This document shows, piece after piece, positions 33,733 through 44,039 of a DNA stretch of 64,000 nt; positions within the stretch are counted from its first letter, which is position 1, and each line of letters starts with the position of its first letter. The stretch comes from an uncultured Gemmatimonadales bacterium. Lineage in GTDB: Bacteria > Gemmatimonadota > Gemmatimonadetes > Gemmatimonadales > GWC2-71-9. The notes below the pieces were generated by a model. It did not search any database and was not told where the DNA came from. It worked only from the letters and a program-made list of their open reading frames with translations. The stretch is taken from NCBI GenBank assembly GCA_963842945.1, contig CAWJIM010000006.1, forward strand, positions 32,001 to 96,000, read 5' to 3'. A program made the translations under genes and the position numbers.

Positions 33733-35060
33733 ACTGCAATGCGGTACACCGGGTAACTCAGGGCCAGCAGCACCATGGATTTCCAGCTATGACTCCAGTC
33801 AGTGACCACCGATCCCGCCAGGAATGCCAGCGAGCCAACGAGCGCGAGACCGGTGGTGAACGGGAACCCCGGCACCCGGAACGGTCTGGGCGTGTCGGGC
33901 TCCTTCCGCCTGAGGGTGAACACACTGATGAACGACAGGGTGTAGTTGACCACAAAGAAGAAAGCGCAGAGGGCGAGCACCGACTCGACGGTACCGCTGA
34001 CGATCAGTCCGGCCGCCACCCCGATGCTGGTCCAGTGGGCCACGCGTCGGAGTGCCGCCCGGGTTCACCGTCTCCAGCGCGGAGGGAAGCAGCCGGTCCC
34101 GGCTCATGGCCAGCAGGACCCTGGGCGCCATCAGGGCACAGGCATTCATGCCGCTCAGGATTGAGACCAGCACGATCAAGCGGATCACCAGGTCGCCGCG
34201 TTCGCCGAAAAGCGCCTTGCCCGCACTGGCGGCCACGAAGGGATCGCCTGCCATCCGGCCCACGCCGAGCACGCGCACGAAGGCGACGTTGACCATGACG
34301 TAGATCAGAATGACCAGCAGCACTCCCAGTCACCATGGACCGCGGGTATGTCGCGGCCCGGATTCTTGGTCTCCTCACCGAAGTAGAGCGGGCCGGTCCA
34401 GCCGTCATAGGTGTAGATCACCGCCTGTAGCGCCAGCAGGATCGCAGTGACCAGGGCGAAGCCCGAGGGCAGCGTTGCCGCCGAGCCGGCGCTTCCGCCC
34501 GGCACGGGGACCAGGAGGCAGACCGTAATCAGGCTCCCGAATGCCAGCGCCTTGGCCGCACTCAGGATCTGCTGGGAGAGGTCGCCGATCCGGATTCCGC
34601 GCCAGAGCAGCAGTCCGAAGAGCAGCACAAGTCCTACGCCGGCCGGCACTCTTCGCCCCGCTAAAGCCGGAACCAGAGACTCGAGATACTCCATGAAGAC
34701 CATGCCGCCGAGCGCGACCGGTCCGCAGGTGGAGATCCAATCACTCCAGCCCACCACGAACGCCGGATACACGCCCAGTCCTCGACGGACGATCACGTAC
34801 TGGCCGGCGGATCGGGCGAACATCGCACCGGGTTCGGCCAGGGAGACGGCCCCGATCAGGGCATACAGGCCGCCGATGGTCCAGACCCCGATGATGAGCG
34901 CGGGATGGGGCAGCCGTGCGGCCACATCGCCGGGCGTCCGCAGAATCCCTATCAGAATGGTATTGCCGACCAGCACCGCGATGCCGAAGGAGACGCCGAG
35001 GACCTGGCGCAGCCTGCCTGTTCCGGTGGCGCGTTCCGGGCGAATGACGGTATCGGTCAG
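33691..35060 (-). CDS. APC-family amino acid permease; frameshifts at ~34330 and ~34045
   Basis: LRQVLG..VGNTILIGILRTPG, YTYDGW, GEETKNPGRDIP, PRVLLAMSRD, PRPFRVPGFP. Probable CTG start at 35060. Confidence 0.88.
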
Positions 35061-35137
35061 CTGGAATTCCTGCGAGGGGTGGCCTCTAGGCTACAGGCCC
35101 AGAGGCGAGAGTGCCAGTGGTCGAGATTGCTTCGGCT

Positions 35138-35365
35138 TCAGCGAGCTGCCAGCGTATCTCGATCGGCTGCATCGATGGCAATGCTGTCGAGCTGGGAGCC
35201 GGCCGCGTCCCCATAGGCCCGGTAACCCTTTTCCTCGCCCGACGAGATCCAGGAGTCCTGCACCGCGATACGCTGCTCCCCTATCCGGTGCGCCAGGTAG
35301 GTCAGACCCGCCCCGGCCAGCAATACCGCAACTACAAACGAGAGCACCACGCTCAGTATCCGCAT
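35138..35365 (-). CDS. Small membrane-anchored hypothetical protein
   Basis: GGAGG RBS before ATG 35365; N-terminal hydrophobic helix. Confidence 0.5.
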   Translation of the reverse strand: MRILSVVLSFVVAVLLAGAGLTYLAHRIGEQRIAVQDSWISSGEEKGYRAYGDAAGSQLDSIAIDAADRDTLAAR

Positions 35366-35574
35366 TGGCTTAGCCTCCAAATCGTTGGGGGCAGGATAAG
35401 CGAGGGGAGTCAAGCACCAGTCAAGCCGCAACAAACTCGCCTCCAAGCCACTCCCGGTCAGCGACTTGGATCACAGGTGACCGGGCCAAGCCCGAAGCGG
35501 TGACCTCGACCACAACGCCCGCCGGTCCTTTAGTCCATACTGTGATCAAAGATTTACTCAGCGCTGGAGGCGCG

Positions 35575-36243
35575 ATGGCCATTCGAGCGACGCTGCTTGA
35601 GACGAGAGTTCAGGGGCTGCTGCTCCTCGGAGCCGCAGCCGGACTGATCTCGGCCTCAGCCGCCCCGCTCGCAGCCCAGCAAATCGAAGTTCGACCCATC
35701 GCCAGATTCTCCCTCCCAACCAAGTTCTCGCTCCGCGACGGCACCCTTCAGGTGAGCCAGCGGGTGGGTTTCCGTTTCGGCGCCCAGATGACGCTCGCCT
35801 TCAACCAGCGCTTCGACGTGACCAACGCGGTCACGTACAGTCCCGGTTATGCCACGGTGAGCGGCTCGACCAAACGGGTCCAGGTCAGCTCCGGGGCACA
35901 GTCGGTCGCCGGGGTCACGGCGGCGCGATACTGGATCCGGCCGCCGGATCTTCCGCTCTCCTGGGAGGTGCACACCGGGCTGGGTCTGGTCTTCGGCGGG
36001 CAGCCGTCCTACCTGGATCTGCTCGACGGGTCCACCATGACGGCCGCGGTCGGCACCCGTGTTCGGTACCAGTTCCGCCAGCTCGTGAGCTTCTCCCTCC
36101 GGGTGGAGCAGCGCCTCCTGCGCCTCCAGTTCGGCGACCAGCTGGGCGGCAGCTCACGGCCGTTCCGAGTCGCGTTCGGCGTGGGGCTGCCCTTCCTGGA
36201 AAAGATTTCAATTCGAGAGTTGATCAGTAGTCTGCCGTTCTAG
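35575..36243 (+). CDS. Putative small outer-membrane beta-barrel protein
   Basis: GGAGG RBS, signal peptide ending PLAAQ, amphipathic beta-strand pattern. Confidence 0.55.
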   Translation: MAIRATLLETRVQGLLLLGAAAGLISASAAPLAAQQIEVRPIARFSLPTKFSLRDGTLQVSQRVGFRFGAQMTLAFNQRFDVTNAVTYSPGYATVSGSTKRVQVSSGAQSVAGVTAARYWIRPPDLPLSWEVHTGLGLVFGGQPSYLDLLDGSTMTAAVGTRVRYQFRQLVSFSLRVEQRLLRLQFGDQLGGSSRPFRVAFGVGLPFLEKISIRELISSLPF

Positions 36244-38328
36244 CGGGGGAAGGCTTCGGGTAGTCCTCCGTCCACGGTGAGGATGTCTCCGGTAGTGAAC
36301 CGGAACCGATTGCTGGCGAGCAGTACGGCCAGATCCGCCACCGCTTCCGGGGGAATCAGCGTGGCTCCCATGAGGTTTCGGCTCCGATATGCCTCCAGCT
36401 GCTGCTCGACGGAAACGCCGCGGCTGGCGGCGCGCTCCCGCACGAACTGCATGAACAGCGGAGTCTCGACCTGGTCTGCGTTGATGGCGTTCACCCGGAT
36501 GTTGTGCGGCCCCAGCTCGACCGCCGCGACCCGGAGGGCCTGGAGCAGCGCGGCCTTGCTCCCGGCATACGCCACTGCGTCTCGGCCCGGCACCAATGCG
36601 GCCTTGGAGACCGACGCGACGATCGAGCCACCCAACTCCTGGCGCTGCATGATGGCCGCCGCCCGGCCGATCGCCCGGACAGCGCCCAGGTAGTGCACCT
36701 CGAGCTGCCGCTGGAGATCGTCCCGGGTTATTTCGGTGACTGGAGCGAAACGCGGCGGCAGGCCGGCGGTGTAGAACAGGCAGTCGAGGCCACCGAACTC
36801 CAGCACCGTCCTTCGGAACAGCGCGTCGAGACTGGCGTCGTCCCGCACGTCGGTAGGCACCGCTATGGCGCGCGCGGGAAATTTTCGCCCGACCTCATCC
36901 GCGACCCGGTCGCACTGCTCGCCATCCAGATCGGCTACCACCACGTGGGCGCCCTCTTCGGCAAAGCGTTCCGCTGCCGCTTTCCCGATCCCGCTGCCGC
37001 CACCGATGATCACGACGATGTGCCGAGCAAGGAGTTTGGTGGCGCGGTCTCTCGCGATCTGCTCCTCGATCTTGCGGCGCTCCAGCGGCCAGTGCTCGAA
37101 CTCGAACACGTCCGCTTCGGGAATAAACTCGAAGCGATCGATCGCCTCGGCATTCTCGATGCTCTCGAGCACCGCGCGATAGCAGACGTTCGCGGTGACC
37201 GCGCCGCGCTTGTCGGCGAAGGCGGTAACCATGCCGAGGCCGGGGAGGAGGATGACCTTGGCCCAGTCGTCGAGCGGGGATTCGCCGCTTTTGGCGTGTC
37301 TGCGGTGATAGGCCTCGTACTCGGTGCGGGCGGTGGAGAGCGCGGCGCGGATGGTGGCAGGGATTCTTCGCTTCGCTCAGGAGGACAGGAGGGGCTCAGG
37401 ATGACGGGCAAACGCCCGGCACGGAGCAGGTGCTCGGGGGTGGCCATGCCGCGGCGGACCAGCTCAGGGATCTCCTCGCCATCCAGCGCCAGCACCAGCT
37501 CATCCGAATCGTCGAAATGGAGAATGACGCGCTCGTTCCGGCCGAGTGCGCCGCGAATGACGGGGAGCACGAGCTCGGCGAGCTGATGCCGCTCGGCCGG
37601 CGGCGGAACCGGGCGCAGAGAGGCCAGGTCCGAGGGGCGGTCGGCTCGCCTGATGGCGATGAGCTCGTCCATTTTGCCGGTGATCTCGACCAGGCGGTCG
37701 TAGCATTCGGGGGCGTCCTTACCCCATACGACCAACCCGTGATGTGCCAAGGCGAAGGCGATCGCCTGTTCGGGATCCCTCAGCCCTCCGCCCTCCGCCC
37801 TCCGCAATGAGCTGGGCAACTGCCCGGGCCAGCGGAAATCCGGGACGCACGTACGGCACATACATCACCCGGCCATCGAACAGCTCATCCAGCAGCCGCT
37901 CGGCCTCGCTGTCCCTGATGTTGGTGAGGCTCATGGTGGGGACATCATGGGTATGGGCGATGACCCGTGTAGGGGAGCAGCGCGTGGAGCGGAGTCTCGA
38001 CGCTGGGCGCGGGACCCTCCTCCATCATGCACTGCGCCATGAACCGCATCATCTCGGCGTCGCTCATCGAGTCCGCGTCGCGTAGCGGGGCCAGACGGGA
38101 GAGAGAGAGCCGAGTGAATCCAGCGCGGTTGATGGTGCGGAGATCGGTGCCGCTCCCCTTTACCAGCAGAGTGTCCCCTTCCTTTACGGAAGTGTTCCCG
38201 CCGCCGGGCTGAACCAGACGGGTGTCGTGACCGATGAGATGGGAGAGATAGACCAGCTGGTCGAGCGGGTCGGGGCCGACTTCAGCCCAGCCCCCCGCCC
38301 GATCGCTTCGGGTGCGGGTCTCAGTCAT
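36240..38328 (-). CDS. Bifunctional class II aldolase / short-chain dehydrogenase (rhamnulose-1-phosphate aldolase/dehydrogenase family); several frameshifts
   Basis: GGGNTSVK..VKGSGTDL, PSVETPLH, PYVRPGFPL, HHGLVVWG, ATPEHLLR, FEFEHWPLE, then SDR GGGSGIG and YAGSK. Confidence 0.88.
37361..37405. repeat. REP-like palindromic element (GTCATCCTGAGC...GAGCGAAGCGAAGAATCC on the minus strand) within the aldolase CDS
   Basis: ggattcttcgcttcgctcaggaggacag...gctcaggatgac, resembling from memory the widespread GTCATCCTGAGCGAAGCGAAGGATC repeat type. Confidence 0.6.
37775..37805. repeat. Heptamer array (CCGCCCT) within the aldolase CDS
   Basis: cagccct-ccgccct-ccgccct-ccgc at one of the frame changes. 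Confidence 0.7.
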
Positions 38329-38337
38329 CGATGATGA

Positions 38338-38496
38338 TCAGACGTCGCCGCCCACCCGCCGGAAGAAGCCGACGATAAGCATGATGATGCCGACGATGAT
38401 CAGGAGATGGATCAGGATCCCGGCGACCTTGAACACCATGAAACCGACGACCCAGGCGATCACCAGCAGTATGCCGATGGGAATCAGACCTCTCAC
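38338..38496 (-). CDS. Small membrane protein, lmo0937/DUF5670-like (52 aa, not in ORF track)
   Basis: GAGGAGG RBS and GTG start; MRGLIPIGILLVIAWVVGFMVFKVAGILIHLLIIVGIIMLIVGFFRRVGGDV. Confidence 0.8.
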   Translation of the reverse strand: MRGLIPIGILLVIAWVVGFMVFKVAGILIHLLIIVGIIMLIVGFFRRVGGDV

Positions 38497-38582
38497 GATG
38501 CCTCCTCTTCAGGGTGGCGACGGATGCTCCGGCCGAATGTGCAGTCCAAATCGGACGTTGGCTACGGGCGCGTGCGCCGACC

Positions 38583-40315
38583 TCACTCCGCAATAGGAAC
38601 CACCGGCAGCACAATGCGCGAGGCCCGATCGGCCGAGTGCCCGATTCGGATCTCCCCGGCTCTGACGCTGTCGCTCTCGAACTCCTGCGCCCCCGTCTGG
38701 GGATTTACGGAGAACAGGGGATAGAACTGCGGAGTGATAACCAGCCGCAGGCGGTGCCCGGGCAGAAATCGATTGGCGGTCACCATCCGGTCCATCCGAA
38801 GTCTTACCGTCTCGCCCGATCTCACCAGCCGCCGCTCGGGCCCGCCTTCCCGGTAGCTTGCTCGTTGCAGCGCCGTGCCGGGAGTCGAGAGATTCCAGGC
38901 CGTGCCATCGGGCGCCACATCGAAGAGCTGGGCCCAGACGTCGAAGTCGGGCACTGTGGCACTCACGGCCAGCTCGATGACCACCTGGCCGATGATCTCG
39001 ACCGCCGTGCTGAACGCCGAAGTCTCGAACACCGCTATGCCAGGGCCGGCCACCAGCGAGCGGTAATCGTGCGCGCCGAACTTTCCATCGAAGGGATCAG
39101 TGACCGGACGGGCGGGATCGGAGCGAATTACTGTTGTCCCGGCGCCGCTCGCAGGCGCACGTCGCATCAGAAGACCCGGCAGACCCTCCGCTGCGGTCTG
39201 GGGGACCCGCCAGGTAGAAGGTGTCCGAATGCACGCCGGCGAGGGGCCAGCGATCTGAAGTTCGCCAGTGGTTCGCACCCATCACGAACACCCGCACCCG
39301 CGGCTGGGTCCTGAGAGAGTCCACTCTCTTGAGGTGCCGGTCCATCCAGCCCAGGACCGTCGCCCCGTAATCCAGCGCCGCCGATGGTCCGAAGTCACGG
39401 TCGCCGGCCTTGCTCCGCTGGACCGATGCTACGCCATGGGTCCAGGGGCCGAGCACCAGGGCGTCGCCGGCGCCCAGAAAATTTTCTACCGCGCCGGCCG
39501 GGCCGTACATCTCGTCAAACCAGCCCGAGAGGTTGAGCACCGGCGCATCCACCCGGGCGTAGCGCCCGCCCAGCCGGGCAAAGCTCCAGTACGAGTCGCC
39601 GGGCGGATGGCGCATCCACTCGAAGTACCAGGGCGTGACCCCCTCGAGCTGGGGCAACTCGAGCATAGGCCGGTATCGGCGAGCGGCGGCTCCCTCCTTG
39701 TCCCAGCTCCGGGCGGCCTCCTCATCGGTCCTGGGTCCCGCGACGCCGAGCCGGCGCCGGAGGTCGGGGGCGATGTTGAGCCAGGTCCAGTCGAGCCAGG
39801 ATCCATCCCACACTCCGCCCGAGTACCAGAAGCTCTCCGGGCTGGAGAAGGTCATGGCCGGGACCATCGCCTTGAGGGATGGCGGGTGTTCGACGGCGGC
39901 GAGCCACTGCACCGCGCCGGGGTAGGAGAGCCCGAAGGTACCGACCGATCCGTTGGACCAGGGCTGACGCGCAACCCACTCGATGGTGTCGTACCCGTCC
40001 CGGCCCTCCTGCTGGTAGGGCTCGAAAACACCACCAGAGCCGTAGCGGCCCCGGACGTCCTGCAGCACCACTGCGTAGCCCCGGCGCACGGCCGCGAGCA
40101 CCAGCGGGTCAGGAGGAGCTTCGACCCGGCTGTACGGGGTTCGGTAGACCAGGACCGGGAACCGTCCGTCGCTGGGGGGCCGGTAGAGATCGGCTCGGAG
40201 CACGACGCCGTCTCGCATGGGGATGGCCACTCCGGTGTCGACCCGGGCGGGTGACTGGCCGGCAAGCCGGGAGGCGGCCAGAAGAAGGGCAAAGAGAGAC
40301 GACGATGCGCTTCAT
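38583..40315 (-). CDS. CocE/NonD family hydrolase (peptidase S15); frameshifts near 40250-40290 and ~39170
   Basis: MRDGVVLRAD, RTPY, QDVRGRYGS, GLSYPG nucleophile, GWFD, GPWTH, and the C-terminal domain FLPGHRLRL. Confidence 0.9.
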
Positions 40316-40333
40316 GATGCGCGACCTGCCGGA

Positions 40334-41983
40334 CTACACCACCTTACCGATATGGGCGTGGACGAAGCTGACGGCCATTGCCCCTTCGCCGACGGCTGAG
40401 GCGACGCGCTTGATCGAACCGCTGCGCACGTCGCCCGCGGCAAACACGCCGGGCAGGCTGGTCTCCAGGAGAAAGGGTGACCGGCCGGCCGCGCGCCACC
40501 GGTCGTTCGCCACGATGCTCCGGGGAAGCCCGTCGCCGGTGACGACGAATCCCTTGTTGTCCAGCTCCACGCAGTCGCGCAGCCACTCGGTGTTGGCGTC
40601 GGCGCCGATGAAGAGAAACAGCGAGCTGGTGTCGAACCGGAACTCTCGTCCATCGGGCCGCTGGGCACACACCGCGTCCAGTCGCCCGTTGCCTTCCAGC
40701 TTGGTCACCCGAGTTTCCAGGTAGGTCTCGACATTCTCCAGCCCGCCCACTCGGTCGATCAGATAGCGCGACATGCTGGCGTTCAGGTCCTTGCCTCGCA
40801 CCAGGTGATGCACCCGCCGGGCATACTTCGCGAGGAAGACGAGGGCCTGCCCGGCGGAATTGCCCGCGCCCACCACGACCACCTCCTCGCCACCGCACAG
40901 CTTGGCCTCCATCGGCGTCGCCGCGTAGTAGATGCCCGCTCCTTCGAATTCGCCGAATCCGGGCACGGCGAGCTTTCGGTATTCCACGCCGCTCGCGATC
41001 AGCACGCACCGGCTCTGGAGCCGAATCCCGTTCTCCAGCTTCACCTTTCGGTCGCCACCGTCGAGGCCCAGGGACTCCACCGGGGACGCAATGGTGATCT
41101 GGGCACCGAACCGTTGGGCCTGCATCATCGCATTGTCGGTGAGCTCGGCGCCCGAGATTCCCGAGGGAAAACCGAGATAGTTGTCGATCCGGGAGCTGGT
41201 GCCGGCCTGCCCCCCGGCGGCCAGCGAGTCCAGCGTCAGCACATCGAGCCCCTCCGACGCGGCGTAGACCGAGGCCGCCAGACCGGCCGGTCCGGCACCG
41301 ACGATCACGAGATCATAGACGTGACCCGGCTCCAGCTCGGCCGTGAGCCCGGCGCAGCCGGCGAACTGTTCGTTGCTGGGATTGCGGTGAAAGCGGCCCT
41401 GCTGTCCCACCACTATCGGTGTGTCCGCTGGGGGCACGCCCAACTCCCGCAGCAGCACCTCAGCCTCGGGATCGGTCTCCACATCCATGAAGCGATAGGG
41501 AATCCCGTTACGCTGGGCGAAGTCACGGAGACGGTGGGCGTCGGAGGAAAAGCGGGAGCCAACAATCCTGACCCCCTCGAACCCGTCCGCCCGGATCAGC
41601 TCCCGGCGCCGCAGAAAGGCCTTGATGATGGTATCGCCCAGCTCGGGCAACTCGTCCGCCGCCCGGCGGAGATCTGCCGAGCTCAGCTCGACCAAGCTGC
41701 CATCCTCTATGGCCCGTCCGGTGACCAACACGGAGCGACCGCTGAGCACGTCGATATCGCCGGTGAACTGGCCCGGGCGATGCACCGTGATTTGCCGGGG
41801 TGTACCCCGGGAGTTCTCCACGATCTCCACTGCTCCGTCCAGTACGAGGAAGAAGGCGCGGTTCCGATCGCCCTCGGAGAACAGGGTGTCGCCGGCGTGC
41901 ATCTCACGCGGCTTGCCGCGCGCTGTGAGTGCAGCGATGTCAGTGGGGCTGAGAACGGGAAAGGCTACATCAAGGTCGGCCAT
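40334..41983 (-). CDS. cNMP-binding-domain thioredoxin-reductase-like flavoprotein
   Basis: N-terminal cNMP-binding fold (LFSEGD..FFLVLDG..GQFTGD), GAGPAGL, GAGNSAGQ, GDVRSGSIKRVASAVGEG. Confidence 0.9.
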   Translation of the reverse strand: MADLDVAFPVLSPTDIAALTARGKPREMHAGDTLFSEGDRNRAFFLVLDGAVEIVENSRGTPRQITVHRPGQFTGDIDVLSGRSVLVTGRAIEDGSLVELSSADLRRAADELPELGDTIIKAFLRRRELIRADGFEGVRIVGSRFSSDAHRLRDFAQRNGIPYRFMDVETDPEAEVLLRELGVPPADTPIVVGQQGRFHRNPSNEQFAGCAGLTAELEPGHVYDLVIVGAGPAGLAASVYAASEGLDVLTLDSLAAGGQAGTSSRIDNYLGFPSGISGAELTDNAMMQAQRFGAQITIASPVESLGLDGGDRKVKLENGIRLQSRCVLIASGVEYRKLAVPGFGEFEGAGIYYAATPMEAKLCGGEEVVVVGAGNSAGQALVFLAKYARRVHHLVRGKDLNASMSRYLIDRVGGLENVETYLETRVTKLEGNGRLDAVCAQRPDGREFRFDTSSLFLFIGADANTEWLRDCVELDNKGFVVTGDGLPRSIVANDRWRAAGRSPFLLETSLPGVFAAGDVRSGSIKRVASAVGEGAMAVSFVHAHIGKVV

Positions 41984-42043
41984 ACAAAGATTCCCTGAAG
42001 GAGAAGCGCTTCAGGGAATCTAGAGGTAGAATGGATTAACCGC

Positions 42044-42469
42044 TCAGGGATACGCGCCGCCGCCTCCGCCGCCACTGCCGCCGCCCCCGGTCCCACCACT
42101 GCCTCCGGACGAGCCGGTAACGGTGACGGTACCGCTCATGGCGGCGCCGTGAATGGTGCAGAGGTAACTGAAGGTGCCGGCGGCGGCGAAGGTCCGCTGG
42201 AAGGAGCCCGAGCTCTTGTTGCCGGACGTGGTGCCGTCCTGGAAGGTGACGTTGTGCACCACCCCGCCGGAGCTCCAGTTCCAGGTGACCGTGGTATTGA
42301 CCGGTACCGTAAGGGCGGCCGGGCTGAAGCTGAGGGTTCCGCTGGGGCCGACGCTGACAGTCGAGGCGCCACCGCCGTCCGTGGGACTGCTGGGACTGGG
42401 ACTGTCGTCTCCCGAGCACGCCAAGGCAGCAACGCCCGCCACGGCCAGGATTAGACGCAGGTGTCTCAT
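42044..42469 (-). CDS. Plastocyanin/azurin-family blue copper lipoprotein
   Basis: Lipobox LAC, HNVTF and YLCTIHGAAM; Gly-rich tail. Confidence 0.88.
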   Translation of the reverse strand: MRHLRLILAVAGVAALACSGDDSPSPSSPTDGGGASTVSVGPSGTLSFSPAALTVPVNTTVTWNWSSGGVVHNVTFQDGTTSGNKSSGSFQRTFAAAGTFSYLCTIHGAAMSGTVTVTGSSGGSGGTGGGGSGGGGGGAYP

Positions 42470-42557
42470 GGGATCTCCGGTTGAAGAAGGCGCCCACCGG
42501 AAAATTCCCGGCTAAGGAGCGGGGTAGCCGAAGTAGCTCATTGCCAATCGTTTCCTG

Positions 42558-42618
42558 ACGCTAGCCGAGACCTTGACCGAGGTCTTGTAAGCGGATAGCT
42601 CCCTTGTAGGGATCTAGC
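42558..42618 (-). promoter_or_regulatory. Putative AraC-activated promoter of the plastocyanin gene
   Basis: Direct repeat GCTA-N6-TACAAG at 42603-42618 and 42584-42599, with a -10-like TAGCGT at 42558-42563; lies between the divergent araC and plastocyanin genes. Confidence 0.5.
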
Positions 42619-42659
42619 GCTGTGAGGCTGGGTGCGCCAGAGACGTCAGTAGGGACACT

Positions 42660-43475
42660 ATGGTACGCAAAGCGAGAGCTGACTCCAGCAGGAGCCGGCG
42701 CATCGTCGCCGGCGGGTTTACCGTCACCGAGGGCATCCACCGGCACGGGGCCGAGCTGCCCTGGCACGATCACCCGACACCAACGATCTGCTTTGTGCTC
42801 AAGGGGGCGTTCACCGAGGCATGGCGCGGAGGTTCCATCGCCTGCACCAGCTCGACCCTGAAGATTACGCCCGCGGGCGAGCGCCACTGGGATCGATTCA
42901 ATCGGGGGGACGTCCGTGGTCTTCTGATCGAAGCGGATCAGCAGCAGGTCGCCGCCATCCGCCCTCACTCGGCGGTGCTGGACGAGCGGGAGGCGTTCCA
43001 GGGTGGGCCACTGTCGACCTACGGCTGGCGGGTGTATCACGAGCTGCAGGTAATGGACGCGACCGCGCCACTGGCGATCGAGGGCTTACTGCTGGAGCTG
43101 GTGGCAGCAGCGTCGCGGCTGAAGGTCCATAGTCACCACGGCCGGAGCCTGCCGCACTGGCTGCAGGAGTCGCGGGAGCGGATCCACGCCGAGCTGGGCG
43201 GCCGGCCGAGTTTGAGCGAGCTGGCGGGCGCCGTTGGGGTACATCCGGTTACTCTGGCGCGGGGATTCCGGCAGGCGTTCGGCTGTACTGTGGGCGAGTA
43301 TATCCGCAACCTTCGGATCGAGCGAGCGACGCTGCAGCTGGCCGACACCGACCTCCCGCTGGCGGAGATTGCGCTGGGGGCGGGATTTTCCGATCAGAGC
43401 CACTTCTCCAACATGTTTCGGCAGCACACCGGGTTTTCGCCCTCGAAATTCAGAGAGATTTCCCGGTCTGCCTAG
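42660..43475 (+). CDS. AraC-family transcriptional regulator
   Basis: N-terminal cupin (WHDH), GVHPVTLARGFR and GFSDQSHFSNMFRQHTGFSP. Confidence 0.93.
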   Translation: MVRKARADSSRSRRIVAGGFTVTEGIHRHGAELPWHDHPTPTICFVLKGAFTEAWRGGSIACTSSTLKITPAGERHWDRFNRGDVRGLLIEADQQQVAAIRPHSAVLDEREAFQGGPLSTYGWRVYHELQVMDATAPLAIEGLLLELVAAASRLKVHSHHGRSLPHWLQESRERIHAELGGRPSLSELAGAVGVHPVTLARGFRQAFGCTVGEYIRNLRIERATLQLADTDLPLAEIALGAGFSDQSHFSNMFRQHTGFSPSKFREISRSA

Positions 43476-43513
43476 ACCCAGATCCTTCGCTCACGTACCG
43501 CTTACCCTTCTTC

Positions 43514-44029
43514 CTAGGAGAGCGCCGCGAAGCCTGCGCCAACGACCATAGCCACTCCCAGCCCCATCTTGATCGCGACGGCGGCCGCCCGGCCGAGCAC
43601 CGCGCCCCAGCCGGCTCGAACCGAGCCTTCCGCTTGGCGGGCCTTGGTGTACTCGAACACCGCCGCGCCGATGAAGGCGCCGACGAACCCGCCGATGACC
43701 GATCCAACGACTGGAATGGGCACCCCGACCACGGCGCCGACCAATCCTCCCACCAGCGCGCCCCAACCCGCCCGGCTCGATCCGCCGTAGCGCTTGGCGA
43801 ACCGGAAGCCGATCCAAGACTCGAGCACCTCTCCGAGCAGGGCCAGGGCGACCGCCAGGATGAGGAAGCCGGTGCTCAGAGTTCGAAAGCCGGTGATCCA
43901 GCCGTAACCGATGATGCCCAGCAGAATCACCCAGAGGCCAGGCAGGCCGAATGGGATCAGCAGCAGGCCGATGACGCTGGCGGCCGCGAGAAGCAGGGCG
44001 CCGGTGGAGTCAGTGAGCTCCAGAGACAT
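43514..44029 (-). CDS. DUF456 family membrane protein
   Basis: PFGLPG, AKRYGGSSRAGWGALVGGLVG; Gly-rich TM helices. Confidence 0.85.
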   Translation of the reverse strand: MSLELTDSTGALLLAAASVIGLLLIPFGLPGLWVILLGIIGYGWITGFRTLSTGFLILAVALALLGEVLESWIGFRFAKRYGGSSRAGWGALVGGLVGAVVGVPIPVVGSVIGGFVGAFIGAAVFEYTKARQAEGSVRAGWGAVLGRAAAVAIKMGLGVAMVVGAGFAALS

Positions 44030-44039
44030 GACGTTCGCG

